Source of the DNA: Calothrix sp. NIES-4101
GTDB lineage: Bacteria > Cyanobacteriota > Cyanobacteriia > Cyanobacteriales > Nostocaceae
Direction of reading: 5' to 3'
NCBI GenBank assembly: GCA_004296455.1
Contig: AP018280.1
Location: forward strand, 5,442,794 to 5,506,793
DNA: 64,000 nucleotides
In this document: one piece after another, positions 39,168 to 49,153 of the stretch
Layout of the letters: each line of letters starts with the position of its first letter
Numbering within the stretch: position 1 is the first letter of the stretch
Position numbers and translations under genes: made by a program
The notes under the pieces: generated by a model
The model's database searches: none
Told to the model about the DNA's origin: nothing
The model's input: only the letters and a program-made list of their open reading frames with translations

Positions 39168-40547
39168 TTACCCCATATTCGGACACCCTGGCATGTTATC
39201 TCCAAGTAGCAACCGTGCCAAACTGGGTAGAGCTTCACCATAGGTAGGATGGATGTGAACCGATCGCTCTAACAACTGCCAGGTTACTCCTGCTTCCATC
39301 AGGGATAAAAATACATGCACCAGTTCAGCAGTTTCATACCCCACCAGGGTTGCTCCCAGGATTTTGTCTGTGTCGCGGTCAATTACCAGGCGATAAAAAC
39401 CGAGGTCATGCCCCCACTCGATGGCACGCGCAATTTGACTCATGGGTAAGGTGACGGCACAAGCGTTGATGCCTTGTTTCTGAGCCTGTTCTAAGGTCAT
39501 ACCCACTCGCCCCACCTGGGGTTCTGTGTAGACTGCATAGCCCAGGACGCGATCGCTCCTTGTCCGATTTTCTCCAGACAAAATTGCTTTTAAACGGCGA
39601 TAGTCCTCCCACGATACATGGGTAAAGGCAGGCTGTTTGGCAACATCCCCAATAGCATAGACTCCAGAACAGGTGGTATGGAACTGGTCGTCAATTTTAA
39701 TAAACCCGCGATCGTCTAGCTCAATTGCGCTCGCAGCTACATTTAAAGCACTGGTATTCGGTTTACGTCCAATCACAACCAGCAATGCTTCACCTTGGAG
39801 TTGTTCGCCATTGCTTAGATTCAGGCTAAACAGATTATTCTCATGAGCGACATGATTTACATTAACTCCAAAGTGCAGATGAATCCCATCCTGCTTTAAT
39901 GCTTCTGCTAAAACCTCACTAACATCAGACTCTTCCTGTCCCAGGACGCGATCGCCCCGCACAATTAAGTGAGTTTGGCTACCCAAACGCGCTAGTCCTT
40001 GTCCCAATTCTAAGCCAATATAGCCGCCGCCAATCACCAATAAACGGGCTGGTAAGGTGTTCAATTCAAAGAAGTTGCGGTTGGTCAGGTAGGGAGTGCC
40101 GGCAAGTCCGGGAATGTCAGGAATCAGCGCTGATGTGCCTGTGTTAATGATTACTAAAGGAGCCTGAAGGGTAACATCTCCACCTTTGACCGTCCGTTCA
40201 CCCACAAAAGCAGCTTCGGCACAGATAACTTTGACACCCGCAGTCTCCAATCGTTGCCGAATTCCCCGATTAAAGCTGCTGCGAATTCCCCGAACTCGCT
40301 CCATGACAGTAGGAAAATCCACTTCAACCTGTGTGTGGATGCCTAACTTATTGCTTTGGCGTGCCCGACCTGCTGCATGAGCCGCTGCTAAAAAGGCTTT
40401 GGACGGAGTGCAACCATAGTTGATGCAGCTGCCGCCTAAAGCATCCCGCTCAAACAAGACAACCCTACGTCCCTCATTGGCAAAATCAGCCGCCAGTGGA
40501 ATGCCTCCTTGACCACTGCCAATCACAATGACATCTGCTGTTTCCAT
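39168..40547 (-). CDS. Class I pyridine nucleotide-disulfide oxidoreductase (dihydrolipoamide dehydrogenase / mercuric reductase-like).
   Basis: It has FAD GxGxxG (VIGSGQGG), a redox-active disulfide GGSCINYGCTPSK, NAD GxGxxG (VIGGGYIGLE) and a C-terminal dimerisation HPT motif. Confidence 0.8.
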   Translation of the reverse strand: METADVIVIGSGQGGIPLAADFANEGRRVVLFERDALGGSCINYGCTPSKAFLAAAHAAGRARQSNKLGIHTQVEVDFPTVMERVRGIRSSFNRGIRQRLETAGVKVICAEAAFVGERTVKGGDVTLQAPLVIINTGTSALIPDIPGLAGTPYLTNRNFFELNTLPARLLVIGGGYIGLELGQGLARLGSQTHLIVRGDRVLGQEESDVSEVLAEALKQDGIHLHFGVNVNHVAHENNLFSLNLSNGEQLQGEALLVVIGRKPNTSALNVAASAIELDDRGFIKIDDQFHTTCSGVYAIGDVAKQPAFTHVSWEDYRRLKAILSGENRTRSDRVLGYAVYTEPQVGRVGMTLEQAQKQGINACAVTLPMSQIARAIEWGHDLGFYRLVIDRDTDKILGATLVGYETAELVHVFLSLMEAGVTWQLLERSVHIHPTYGEALPSLARLLLGDNMPGCPNMG

Positions 40548-40875
40548 CAGCGCTCAACTCCTTGGAGATATTTTGCTTTTATCACAATCTCATACTCAAA
40601 GTTAAAAATTCTCTGCCCATTGAGGTAAGGTTTGAATTGAGTTAAGTAGCCATCATGAACTGACACACACCAGGACGGATGAAAATAGAAGGTAAATGTA
40701 TCTATTTTGATAGCCATCGAACTTTTATTTTCAAGTCAGGTCGGTGGGAAAAAACAAAACTAAGTTAAGAAAGGTAAACAAAGCTATAATCCTTTTCCCT
40801 CCTGCCTTCTGCCATCTGCCTCCTGCCTGGTCATAACGATAATTTTTAACACTGAGCTACTTAGGGCATCTCAAG

Positions 40876-41625
40876 CTAGCGAAGCCCACCCGTGATATAC
40901 AGCGTTTCGCCCGTAATCCAGGCGGAATCAGCGGAAGCAAGGAAGACAACGGCAGGGGCGATATCCTGTGGCTGTCCAATGCGACCTAGTGGTGTTTGCG
41001 CTTCAGCTTGTTTGCGATCTTCGCTCTCAGTAATTCCTGCTGTGTGCGTACCCTCTGTTTCCACCATACCAGGATTGATGGAGTTAACACGGATGTGGCG
41101 GGGGCCTAACTCTTTGGCTAGGGACTTCGTGATGGCATCAACAGCTGCTTTGGTAGCGCTATAGATTGAGGCATTCGGGGGTGTCAGGGTGCTGACAATC
41201 GAACTGATATTAATAATGCTGCCGCCTGCCGAGCCGAAGTGCTTTACAGCTTGCTGTGAGGTGAGGATCAATCCCAGAACATTTATATCAAATTGCTTAT
41301 GGAAGTGCGCTTCTGTGATGTCTTCAAGTGGGGAATATTCATAAATTCCCGCATTGTTGACCAAAATATCAACCCTGCCGAATGCTTGCTGTGTCTCTGT
41401 AAACAGATGTTCAATCTCTGCCTTTTTGGCAACATTTGCCTGAACTGCGATCGCCTTACCGCCCTTGCTGACAATCTCGTCAACCACGCGATTGGCTCCT
41501 GCTTGGCTCGATGCGTAGTTGACGACAACACTTGCACCTTCGGCTGCCAGATGTTTGGCGATCGCAGCACCGATGCCTTTAGATGCACCTGTAACAACTG
41601 CGATTTTCCCCTCTAGTTTTGTCAT
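40876..41625 (-). CDS. Short-chain dehydrogenase/reductase (classical SDR). The track ORF extends to 41679, but the likely start is MTKLEGKIAVVTGAS at 41625.
   Basis: It has TGASKGIG, NNAG, the catalytic YxxxK (YSATK) and PGMVETE. Confidence 0.8.
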   Translation of the reverse strand: MTKLEGKIAVVTGASKGIGAAIAKHLAAEGASVVVNYASSQAGANRVVDEIVSKGGKAIAVQANVAKKAEIEHLFTETQQAFGRVDILVNNAGIYEYSPLEDITEAHFHKQFDINVLGLILTSQQAVKHFGSAGGSIINISSIVSTLTPPNASIYSATKAAVDAITKSLAKELGPRHIRVNSINPGMVETEGTHTAGITESEDRKQAEAQTPLGRIGQPQDIAPAVVFLASADSAWITGETLYITGGLR

Positions 41626-41718
41626 GCTTGCGATCCCTGTGGTTATTGGGTTGAAAATATCTGTCCGAGACAGGTGCAAACTTACAAGAATGAACCAATT
41701 GAGATTTTTAATCCATGA

Positions 41719-42543
41719 TCAGGATTTGATAAATTCCAGCAGATCGGCGTTGATCTGTTCCTTGTTCGTGTCGCCCAGAGCGTGCGCTCCCCCAGGATAG
41801 ATTTTCAAAATCGAATTTTTGACGAGCTTCGCAGACAGGAGAGCAGAAGCACCAATCGGCACGATCTGATCGTCATCACCATGAATGATCAACGTCGGCA
41901 CATCAAACTTCTTCAAATCCTCGGTGAAATCTGTTTCCGAAAACGCCTTAATGCAGTCATAGGTGTTTTTATGTCCGGCCATCATCCCCTGCATCCACCA
42001 CGAATTAATCAGTCCTTGGGAGACTTTGGCACCAGGTCGATTGAAGCCAAAGAATGGGCCACTGGGTACATCGAGGAAGAACTGGGAGCGGTCAGCCAAC
42101 AACGCCGCTCGAAAGCCATCAAATACCTCAATGGGTAGCCCACCGGGATTTGCCTCCGTCTTGAGCATAAGTGGCGGCACCGCGCCCACCAGTACTGCCT
42201 TGGAAACGCGCTTGGTGCCGTGCCTGCCAATGAAGCGCGCCACTTCACCGCCGCCGGTAGAGTGTCCAATCATCACCGCATCCTGAATATCCAGCGCCTC
42301 AAAAAGCTCCGCCAGATCGTCGGCGTAGGTATCCATATCATTACCGTGCCACGGTTGACTTGATCGGCCATGACCGCGACGATCATGTGCGATGCAGCGG
42401 TAACCGTGGGAGGCGAGAAAAAACATCTGCGATTCCCACGCATCCGCGCTCAGTGGCCAGCCGTGGCTGAAAACAATGGGCTGTCCTGTACCCCAGTCTT
42501 TATAATAGATTTGCGTACCATCTTTAGTCGTGATTGTACTCAT
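41719..42543 (-). CDS. Alpha/beta hydrolase of the non-haem haloperoxidase/arylesterase type. The track ORF extends to 42639, but the likely start is MSTITTKDG at 42543.
   Basis: The N-terminus [34 protein letters not shown] is typical of non-haem haloperoxidases. The nucleophile elbow GHSTGG is present. Confidence 0.8.
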   Translation of the reverse strand: MSTITTKDGTQIYYKDWGTGQPIVFSHGWPLSADAWESQMFFLASHGYRCIAHDRRGHGRSSQPWHGNDMDTYADDLAELFEALDIQDAVMIGHSTGGGEVARFIGRHGTKRVSKAVLVGAVPPLMLKTEANPGGLPIEVFDGFRAALLADRSQFFLDVPSGPFFGFNRPGAKVSQGLINSWWMQGMMAGHKNTYDCIKAFSETDFTEDLKKFDVPTLIIHGDDDQIVPIGASALLSAKLVKNSILKIYPGGAHALGDTNKEQINADLLEFIKS

Positions 42544-42924
42544 GTGGCTCCTATATAAATTGTGAGCGTTTTCCAATCTGTATCTGCTTCCGACTGTAAA
42601 GATAACTGCATCCGCGATCGCTAATCGATCAAGTAGCAATTGATTCAGTTGATAAGTGGTAGTTGAAAATAAATGTTACATTTTGAAAATTCCAAACCAT
42701 TGCAAATACTACACTCTGCCCATAATCGTTATGTGTAATTAATTTTCAATACCCACTTATATAACTGATTTCAGCAGTCTTATTTTGATCACCTGATGAC
42801 TCGATCAGATAGCTTATTTAACTTTCAATCACTTATCTTTATTCTTAAACTTTGGTTAAACTGAGACTGCTGAAGTTCTTAATTTAAGATACCAGTTAAC
42901 TGAGAAATTACACACTTCGTTATA

Positions 42925-43338
42925 TCAACGGGTAACGATAAAGGCAGCCAGAGCGATCGCTACAACATCCTCAGTCAGGGCAGCAGGAACTGCACCAATC
43001 CTTTCAATGGCGGCTATCCGCACCGCCCGACCCCCATACGTACCTGCCAGCGCACCTACAACACCAAGGATCGCTCCAACGGGTGCAAAACTGCTGTTTG
43101 CTCCGGTGACTAGCCATCCCACAATGCCACCACTGAGAATCCGCGCAATCAACGCTGGGGGACTGGTGCGAGAGGGGATTTGCGGCAGCATGTCGCCAAT
43201 CAACTCAGCCACTGCCAGTACAGCCAGAACGATCCCTATAATGCCGCCACGCGCCAGAAATAAAGCAGCAGGAGCTGTGAAGGCTCGCAGTCCCGCAACA
43301 AACCCAAGGACAAATGCAGAAATCAATGTCATGAACAT
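42925..43338 (-). CDS. Small integral membrane protein (DUF-type, 137 aa).
   Basis: Four hydrophobic helices. No recognisable catalytic motif. Confidence 0.45.
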   Translation of the reverse strand: MFMTLISAFVLGFVAGLRAFTAPAALFLARGGIIGIVLAVLAVAELIGDMLPQIPSRTSPPALIARILSGGIVGWLVTGANSSFAPVGAILGVVGALAGTYGGRAVRIAAIERIGAVPAALTEDVVAIALAAFIVTR

Positions 43339-43972
43339 AAATAGCCTTTTTAGTAGATTTGGTCTTTCAACTCAGCACTCTTCATTCTTGACCTAACAAA
43401 GGCAGAGAGTTGGCTGCTGTTCACTAAAAACTCTGCATCTCTGGATAATTGCCCCGTCGCTTGGGGTATGGGGATTACCAACTGAGCCTCCAGCAAGAAT
43501 AGCATAGCTGCTTTCTGTAAATAAGTTTCCGTATCACTATTACCCCTAGGGCAAACGCATCTTAATGTGCTCCCAATCAAAATGGTTGACTACGTAATTT
43601 ACGTATAGAAACCTCGATACCAAAAAGTATAGTTAATATCTAATTTTATAAAAAGATTAATAAATAAATTTAATAATTCAATAAAAATTGATAAAATTGC
43701 ATACAAGAATGCCAGAGTCAAAATGATTAAAACATTCAACCCAATGAAAAAAGATTAATTAATGAAATCTATAATTTATTAACACCAGTTAAGATTTCCA
43801 TCAAATATGTATCATTCCATCCAGCGAGATTTCGTTTCCTTTTTATACCTTTTTTGAGATGTTTTTATTGATTTAACAAATTCAGAGAAATAGGCAAACA
43901 GCTAATAAAATAACGAGTTTCTAATGTAGTTTTCCTATTACATTTACGCATGGAATTTATCATGCCTACGCT

Positions 43973-45267
43973 CTGAAGGGGCGACAAAACCGTCCAGAAA
44001 GCTTATTTGGCAAAGAATGTAGCAATTCATGGTAAGAAAAGATAGGTCTAGTTATGTCAAGAAGACCTACCTAATGATAATGTTGCCTGAATTGTACCAA
44101 AAACATTTAAAAAGTCAACTAAGTCTTGCCGATTACATCTTTCTTAAAATATTGATTGCTCTGCTGCAATCAATTAAAAAAGTTAGTTTAGAAACCTTAG
44201 CTACAGTTCTACCAATTCCAATTACATTTGAAAGTAGAAGGAAGAAAATACAGAGATTTTTATCATTACCAAACCTCTCAATTGAAAAAATTTGGTTCCC
44301 GATTATTACCGCATGGTTAGAGACAGAATTTACATCCGAAAAAATAATTCATGTAGTAATTGACCGTATAAATTGGGCTTGTGTAAATTTGTTTATGGTT
44401 AGTGTTGTTTGGGATAAAAGAGCCTTTCCAGTGTACTTTGAATTATTACCAAAGTTGGGTAGTAGCAATATTCATGAACAAACAGCAATTATTTCTAAGG
44501 TTTTACCACTTTTAAATAATTATACAATTTGCGTATTAGGAGACCGAGAATTTTGTTCAGTGAAACTCGCAAACTGGCTGAGAGAAAGAAATGTTTACTT
44601 TTGTCTTCGTATTAAAAAGAATCATTTCGTTGAAATCCAAACAGATATCTGGTTGGAATTAAATGAGTTAGGTTTATCTCCAGGTATATCTTTCTTTTTG
44701 AAAGGAGTAAAAGTTACAAAATTTCCAGGTTTTACAAGTTTTAATATTGCATGTAAGTGGAAGCGGAAAATATTGGGATTGGCACCTGAAGAAGGATGGT
44801 TTATTTTGACAAATCTGGATAGTTTAGAATCAGCAATATCTTACTCTAAAAAAAGATTTCACATTGAGGAAATGTTTCGAGATTTTAAGAGCGGTGGCTA
44901 TAATTTAGAGGGAACTAATGTATCTGGTAAACGATTCATTACTTTAATTATATTGATAGCGTTCGCGAAGCGTGCCGGAGGCAATCTCGCTTACACTTCT
45001 GCAACAATTCAAGGACAAGAAATAAAACGTAAATGAATACAGAAATATGTTGGTCGTGTTAAAGAATATGGGCGTACTGAAAGGAGACATAGCAGTTTTT
45101 ATATCGGCTTATATGGTAATAATTGGGTCAATTTTATGGAACCTTGTATAGAATTAGTAAGCGAATTAATGAAATTAAATCCTAATAAGCGGAAGTATTA
45201 TCAACGAGGGTTGAGAGCTATGAGGCTTATTTTATCTGCATCCTAGCGACTTTCGTCGCCCCGCCAG
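43973..45267 (+). mobile_element. IS4-family insertion sequence of about 1.3 kb with imperfect terminal inverted repeats.
   Basis: The left end CTGAAGGGGCGACAAAACCG matches the reverse complement of the right end CGACTTTCGTCGCCCCGCCAG at about 14 of 20 positions. A DDE transposase ORF lies inside. Confidence 0.55.
44029..45036 (+). CDS. IS4-family DDE transposase. The C-terminus appears to continue in the +1 frame (45038-45148), so this is either a frameshifted pseudogene or requires a frameshift.
   Basis: DDE residues are present (VIDRINW, LGDREF, HIEEMFRDFKSGGYNLE). The downstream +1-frame peptide YRNMLVVLKNMGVLKGDIAVFISAYMVIIGSILWNLV fills the remaining space inside the element. Confidence 0.7.
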   Translation: MVRKDRSSYVKKTYLMIMLPELYQKHLKSQLSLADYIFLKILIALLQSIKKVSLETLATVLPIPITFESRRKKIQRFLSLPNLSIEKIWFPIITAWLETEFTSEKIIHVVIDRINWACVNLFMVSVVWDKRAFPVYFELLPKLGSSNIHEQTAIISKVLPLLNNYTICVLGDREFCSVKLANWLRERNVYFCLRIKKNHFVEIQTDIWLELNELGLSPGISFFLKGVKVTKFPGFTSFNIACKWKRKILGLAPEEGWFILTNLDSLESAISYSKKRFHIEEMFRDFKSGGYNLEGTNVSGKRFITLIILIAFAKRAGGNLAYTSATIQGQEIKRK

Positions 45268-45282
45268 CGATTTATTAGAAAA

Positions 45283-45543
45283 TTAATAATGATATCGGCA
45301 AGAAATAATAGTTAAATAAACATCATCAACAGCATAAACCAAACGATTTGTATCATCAATTCGCCGCGACCAAAATCCGGCTAAATTTTCCTTGAGAGGC
45401 TCTGGCTTACCGATACCCTCAAAAGGCATCCGCATCGTCTCCTCAATCAGTTTATTGATTCTTTTGAGAGTCTTTTTATCTTGCCCTTGCCAGTAAATAT
45501 AATTAGCCCAAGCCTCATCAGTCCACGCCAACATTCTAGTCAT
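45283..45543 (-). CDS. yoeB: YoeB/Txe-family toxin (ribosome-dependent mRNA interferase).
   Basis: MTRMLAWTDEAWANYIYWQGQDKKTLKRINKLIEE...RLVYAVDDVYLTIISCRYHY is a typical YoeB sequence. Confidence 0.85.
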   Translation of the reverse strand: MTRMLAWTDEAWANYIYWQGQDKKTLKRINKLIEETMRMPFEGIGKPEPLKENLAGFWSRRIDDTNRLVYAVDDVYLTIISCRYHY

Positions 45544-45790
45544 CTAGCAAATCTCGCTGCACCACTTTCCCCTGCTTAAATTGAGTAATGGAACGTTCTA
45601 AATGGGCTGCATTTGCCGGAGACTTCAATAAATGTACAGTCTCCATGAGACTATTAAAAAACTCCAGGGACATCACCACCGCATCATCAGCATCCCGTCT
45701 AGTGATAATTGTATAGTCGGCATCTTCCGTCACCTGATCTAAAACCGTTTTCAGACTATTTCTGGCCTCGCTAAAAGAGATAATTTTCAT
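45536..45790 (-). CDS. yefM: YefM/Phd-family antitoxin. The track ORF extends to 45865, but the likely start is MKIISFSEARNSL at 45790.
   Basis: The N-terminus MKIISFSEARNSLKTVLDQV matches Phd/YefM. It overlaps the yoeB start by 8 nt, the usual toxin-antitoxin arrangement. Confidence 0.8.
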   Translation of the reverse strand: MKIISFSEARNSLKTVLDQVTEDADYTIITRRDADDAVVMSLEFFNSLMETVHLLKSPANAAHLERSITQFKQGKVVQRDLLDD

Positions 45791-46059
45791 TTTGGGAGAA
45801 CCTGTACTGTTTATTGTACAAGTATAGCGGTTTTGGGCAAATTCTACAATCCTTTTGTCTAACACTTAATTTACTCTCAAATTATTTAATTGAGCAATTA
45901 AAACGTCCAGATATTGCTATGCGTTCTGTGTAGTTTTTTAGGCGCTCGGTGCGCTTCGCGCACCATTGCTTGTGCCAGTTGCGTAAGTCTTGTTCAAGTC
46001 AAGCCAATAAAAAATATTCTCACTCATCAATACTGATGTATCACCATTTGGCGATCGCA

Positions 46060-46365
46060 CTATGCCAATCGCACTATGCCAGTTGCGTAAGTCCTGTCCC
46101 ATTCTTTTTGTTTATTCAGAAATTTTTTACTTGTATGAATTGATGCATTATCTATTACTAACACAGTTAGCTTATCTTGCTTTTTAGAAAAATCATCAAT
46201 ACAAGCTATCACAACATCACTATTAATATTACATTCAAATAAATAAGTTTCCAAATCATTTTTTCTATTTAACAATCCTAAAACATTTAAGCGCTGGTTT
46301 CTTTCGCATTCGACAACAACTTCATCTCCTTTCTCTTGCCATGCATAAGGAAAATCCGGATTCAT
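46060..46365 (-). pseudogene. IS630/Tc1-family transposase fragment (DDE region only).
   Basis: ..TVLVIDNASIHTSKKF.. is the IS630 DDE-domain motif. No intact N-terminal HTH domain or C-terminal end is in frame. Direct repeats TGCCAGTTGCGTAAGTC lie at 45974 and 46078. Confidence 0.6.
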
Positions 46366-47294
46366 CTACATACACTAAGTTTATTTCTCCTCTATCATCT
46401 TGTTCCTTTAGTGTTTCTAGTTCCGCCTTTTTATCCTTGTATTCCAAAGCATCTGGTTCTCCACCGACTCTTCTTGTTATGCGATGCCAACTCATCTTAA
46501 AAAATTTGATAATTCTCTTGACTTTTTATGGGTAGAAGCGACTAAAGTGACTCAGAAAGCTCTTTCCAACAGATTTTTAACATTACCAGCTATTTTTTTT
46601 GAAAAAGTATTTAAAGAATTACTACCTCAGCTACAAAAATAGTGGAATTATCGGCAAAAACGTCCTCTACCCGATGGTGTCAATTTTGCCCTTTCTCGTT
46701 TCAAAAAGATATGAATTGTACCCGCATTTCTCACAAGCAATAAAAAATTAATTTACATGCCCTCATGTAAGACATTTTTTTAATACATCATGAATTCAAA
46801 TTTAAAATGTTTTGGTATCGATCGCCCTGCTGGTCGGGTCATCCTTTATAACTGCTGAAATACTTGGCACATATACATTTTAGCAGTTTTATCCCCCAGT
46901 TTTTTCAGAGTTTGTGAGAAATCCAGGCTAGGTATTGTTAAGCGTAAACGAAAACCCAATACAAAATTAATTATTGCCCCTTTCCCTGACCGACAAAGAG
47001 GACAAGAGAACTTTTTCTTCCAAAACCCCTTGACATCTTGCTCTTCTGCTTAAGTTCTCACCAATGGTGAAATGGTATCAGGCGAGAAATTTTGTTGAGC
47101 GATCGCATTTGTCATCAAAGCTCTTATAAGAAAGATGCTGAAAACCCTTCGGCTACTCTGCAAGAAGCAAGCTACAGCCAAGGTATGTATGCGCTTTCAA
47201 GCCGGGGAGTGTCAAATAAATAAGCTGAATTGCGAGTAATTGGCACATTCTTAATTACAATATTAGCTGTCTCGGCTTTTTTTCCCCACTTGCT

Positions 47295-48161
47295 ATGAAA
47301 AACTCGATTGCTGTTCTACCTCCATTCATTGTTTTGGATCGATTGCTCCAAGATTGGTTATTAGAAGATATTGGCAGAGGCGATCGCACAACTCAAAGTT
47401 TGTTTACAATGGATTCGACGGAAGGACAAGCGGAATGGATTGTCAAAGCATCTGGGGTAGTAGTCGGTTTACCGATTGCTGCCAGAGTATTCCATCTTTT
47501 AAATGAGAAAATCAGTTTTGTACCCTTTGCAATTGAAGGACAATATTGTGATCGCGGTTTGGTTGTGGCGAGAATGCATGGTTCAATGGATGCACTGTTA
47601 ATGGGGGAAAGAGTCGCTCTCAATTTGGTAATGCATTTAAGTGGTATTGCAACTTTAACTCGACAGTATGTAGAAAGAATTGCAGATTTACCCGTAAAAT
47701 TAGTTGATACCCGCAAAACAACACCAGGACTTAGAATTCTGGAGAAATATGCAACTTTGTTAGGTGGTGCGGTTAATCACCGCATGGGTTTAGATGATGC
47801 AGTGATGCTCAAGGATAATCATATCGCGGCGGCGGGCGGAATTGGATATGCGATCGCGGCAGTTAGAAAACAAATTCCCTATCCTCTCAACATTGAGATT
47901 GAAACAGAATCTTTAGACCAAGTCAAAGAAGCATTATTACATAAAGCCGATATTATTATGTTGGATAATATGCCTTTGGAAATGATGCGAAAAGCAGTAC
48001 AAATGATACGACAACAAGATGGTCGCGTCAAAATCGAAGCTTCCGGAAATATTACTTTAGACACAATTCGCACAGTTGCAGAAACAGGCGTTGATTATAT
48101 TTCTAGCAGCGCTCCAATTACGCAATCAAAGTGGTTAGATTTAAGCATGAAAATGAAGTAA
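47295..48161 (+). CDS. nadC: Nicotinate-nucleotide pyrophosphorylase (carboxylating), also called quinolinate phosphoribosyltransferase.
   Basis: The family match runs the full 288 aa (..LVDTRKTTPGLRILEKYA.., ..MLDNM..). Confidence 0.85.
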   Translation: MKNSIAVLPPFIVLDRLLQDWLLEDIGRGDRTTQSLFTMDSTEGQAEWIVKASGVVVGLPIAARVFHLLNEKISFVPFAIEGQYCDRGLVVARMHGSMDALLMGERVALNLVMHLSGIATLTRQYVERIADLPVKLVDTRKTTPGLRILEKYATLLGGAVNHRMGLDDAVMLKDNHIAAAGGIGYAIAAVRKQIPYPLNIEIETESLDQVKEALLHKADIIMLDNMPLEMMRKAVQMIRQQDGRVKIEASGNITLDTIRTVAETGVDYISSSAPITQSKWLDLSMKMK

Positions 48162-48292
48162 TTTCCCTAGAATTCAGTCTTCAGACCTGAGCATAATCTT
48201 CCGAAAGTTGGGGAAAGGGAGCTTGTCTGTCTTCATTTTTCTTATATTTTCTTATATATTTATATATTTGAGATTTGAGTGAGGATTAGCCA

Positions 48293-48679
48293 ATGTCACA
48301 GGAAGAAATTCAAGCCATTATCAATTCCTATTACATAAATATTGCTGCCATGAATGCTGAAGCAGTGTTAGCAAATTTTGCAGAGGATGCAATGAGTCAC
48401 GATCCCGTTGGCGAACCTCCCACAAAAGTCCATGAAGGATTTCATGAATTTATAGGAAGATTACAGGCTGTATTTGAGAATTTGCAATCAACAATCGAAT
48501 CAACTTTTATTACAGGTAATGAAGCGGCAGTTAAATGGAAAACTCAAGGAATTAGCAAAAGCGGTAAATCTATTACATTTGAAGGGATTACCATTTTTGA
48601 AATTAACAATCATGGGAAGATTCAAACAACCCGTGCTTATTGGTATCCAGCCGCAATGGTTGCTCAGTTGCGCGGATAA
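48293..48679 (+). CDS. SnoaL-like / NTF2-like small protein (128 aa).
   Basis: Size, the N-terminal IQAIINSYYINIAAMNAEAVLANFAEDAMSHDP pattern and the C-terminal W..YW are typical of the ketosteroid-isomerase/SnoaL fold. Confidence 0.55.
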   Translation: MSQEEIQAIINSYYINIAAMNAEAVLANFAEDAMSHDPVGEPPTKVHEGFHEFIGRLQAVFENLQSTIESTFITGNEAAVKWKTQGISKSGKSITFEGITIFEINNHGKIQTTRAYWYPAAMVAQLRG

Positions 48680-48702
48680 ATCAAAATCATCTAAAAACAC
48701 TT

Positions 48703-48737
48703 TAGCCCAGTCAGAGGTGACTAGGCTATTTAAACTT
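48703..48737 (+). terminator. Hairpin terminator candidate downstream of the SnoaL-like gene.
   Basis: Stem TAGCCCAGTCA, loop GAGG, second stem TGACTAGGCTA (11 bp with 1 mismatch), followed by TTTAAACTT. Confidence 0.4.
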
Positions 48738-49153
48738 AAACTCGATCAAACTGCTTTTATCTTTTACTAATCGAACAGGTAAAAACTAAGGGTTTACATG
48801 CTTACGAACAAACTCAGCAATTATCTGTTTTTCCGCTTCGGGATTTGGCTCGCTATCCGTACATCATATTTCAATGTTGGAGCATTGCCACTTGCTTGAC
48901 TCTGCTGAAATTTGCTTGGGCTTTGACCGGGGGCACCATTGTCTACGCCCTAACTTTTTGTTTTGTGCCTTTGTTTGGTGTCCTGAATATAATCTAACAC
49001 CAATTCCACCATTGACAAGCTGCTTTTAACCTAAATTAACGAGCGTTAAAATTTCGCAATATAGAACTTAAAGATATTATCGTAAGCTCCCTCAGAGAGA
49101 GCATTACAGTCTATTAATTGGTTTTGATTTTGACCAATTCAAAACTCACAAAA

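Noticed and set aside
40892-41616. Several 90-107 aa ORFs on both strands overlapping the SDR gene.
   Set aside because: They lie inside a gene with complete SDR motifs, so they are spurious.
41782-42286. 118-aa and 107-aa plus-strand ORFs, and an 86-aa minus-strand ORF, inside the hydrolase gene.
   Set aside because: They are GC-rich-region frame artefacts antisense to, or out of frame with, the haloperoxidase-like gene.
42770-42872. 10-bp inverted repeat TCAGCAGTCT / AGACTGCTGA flanking about 80 bp, considered as a MITE.
   Set aside because: It is too short and has no target-site duplication or other copies visible in the window. It is probably chance or a local structure.
45949-46143. 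64-aa ORF between yefM and the IS630 relic.
   Set aside because: It lies within a repeat and scar region (direct repeats and the GGTGCGCTTCGCGCACC palindrome) and has no coding signals.
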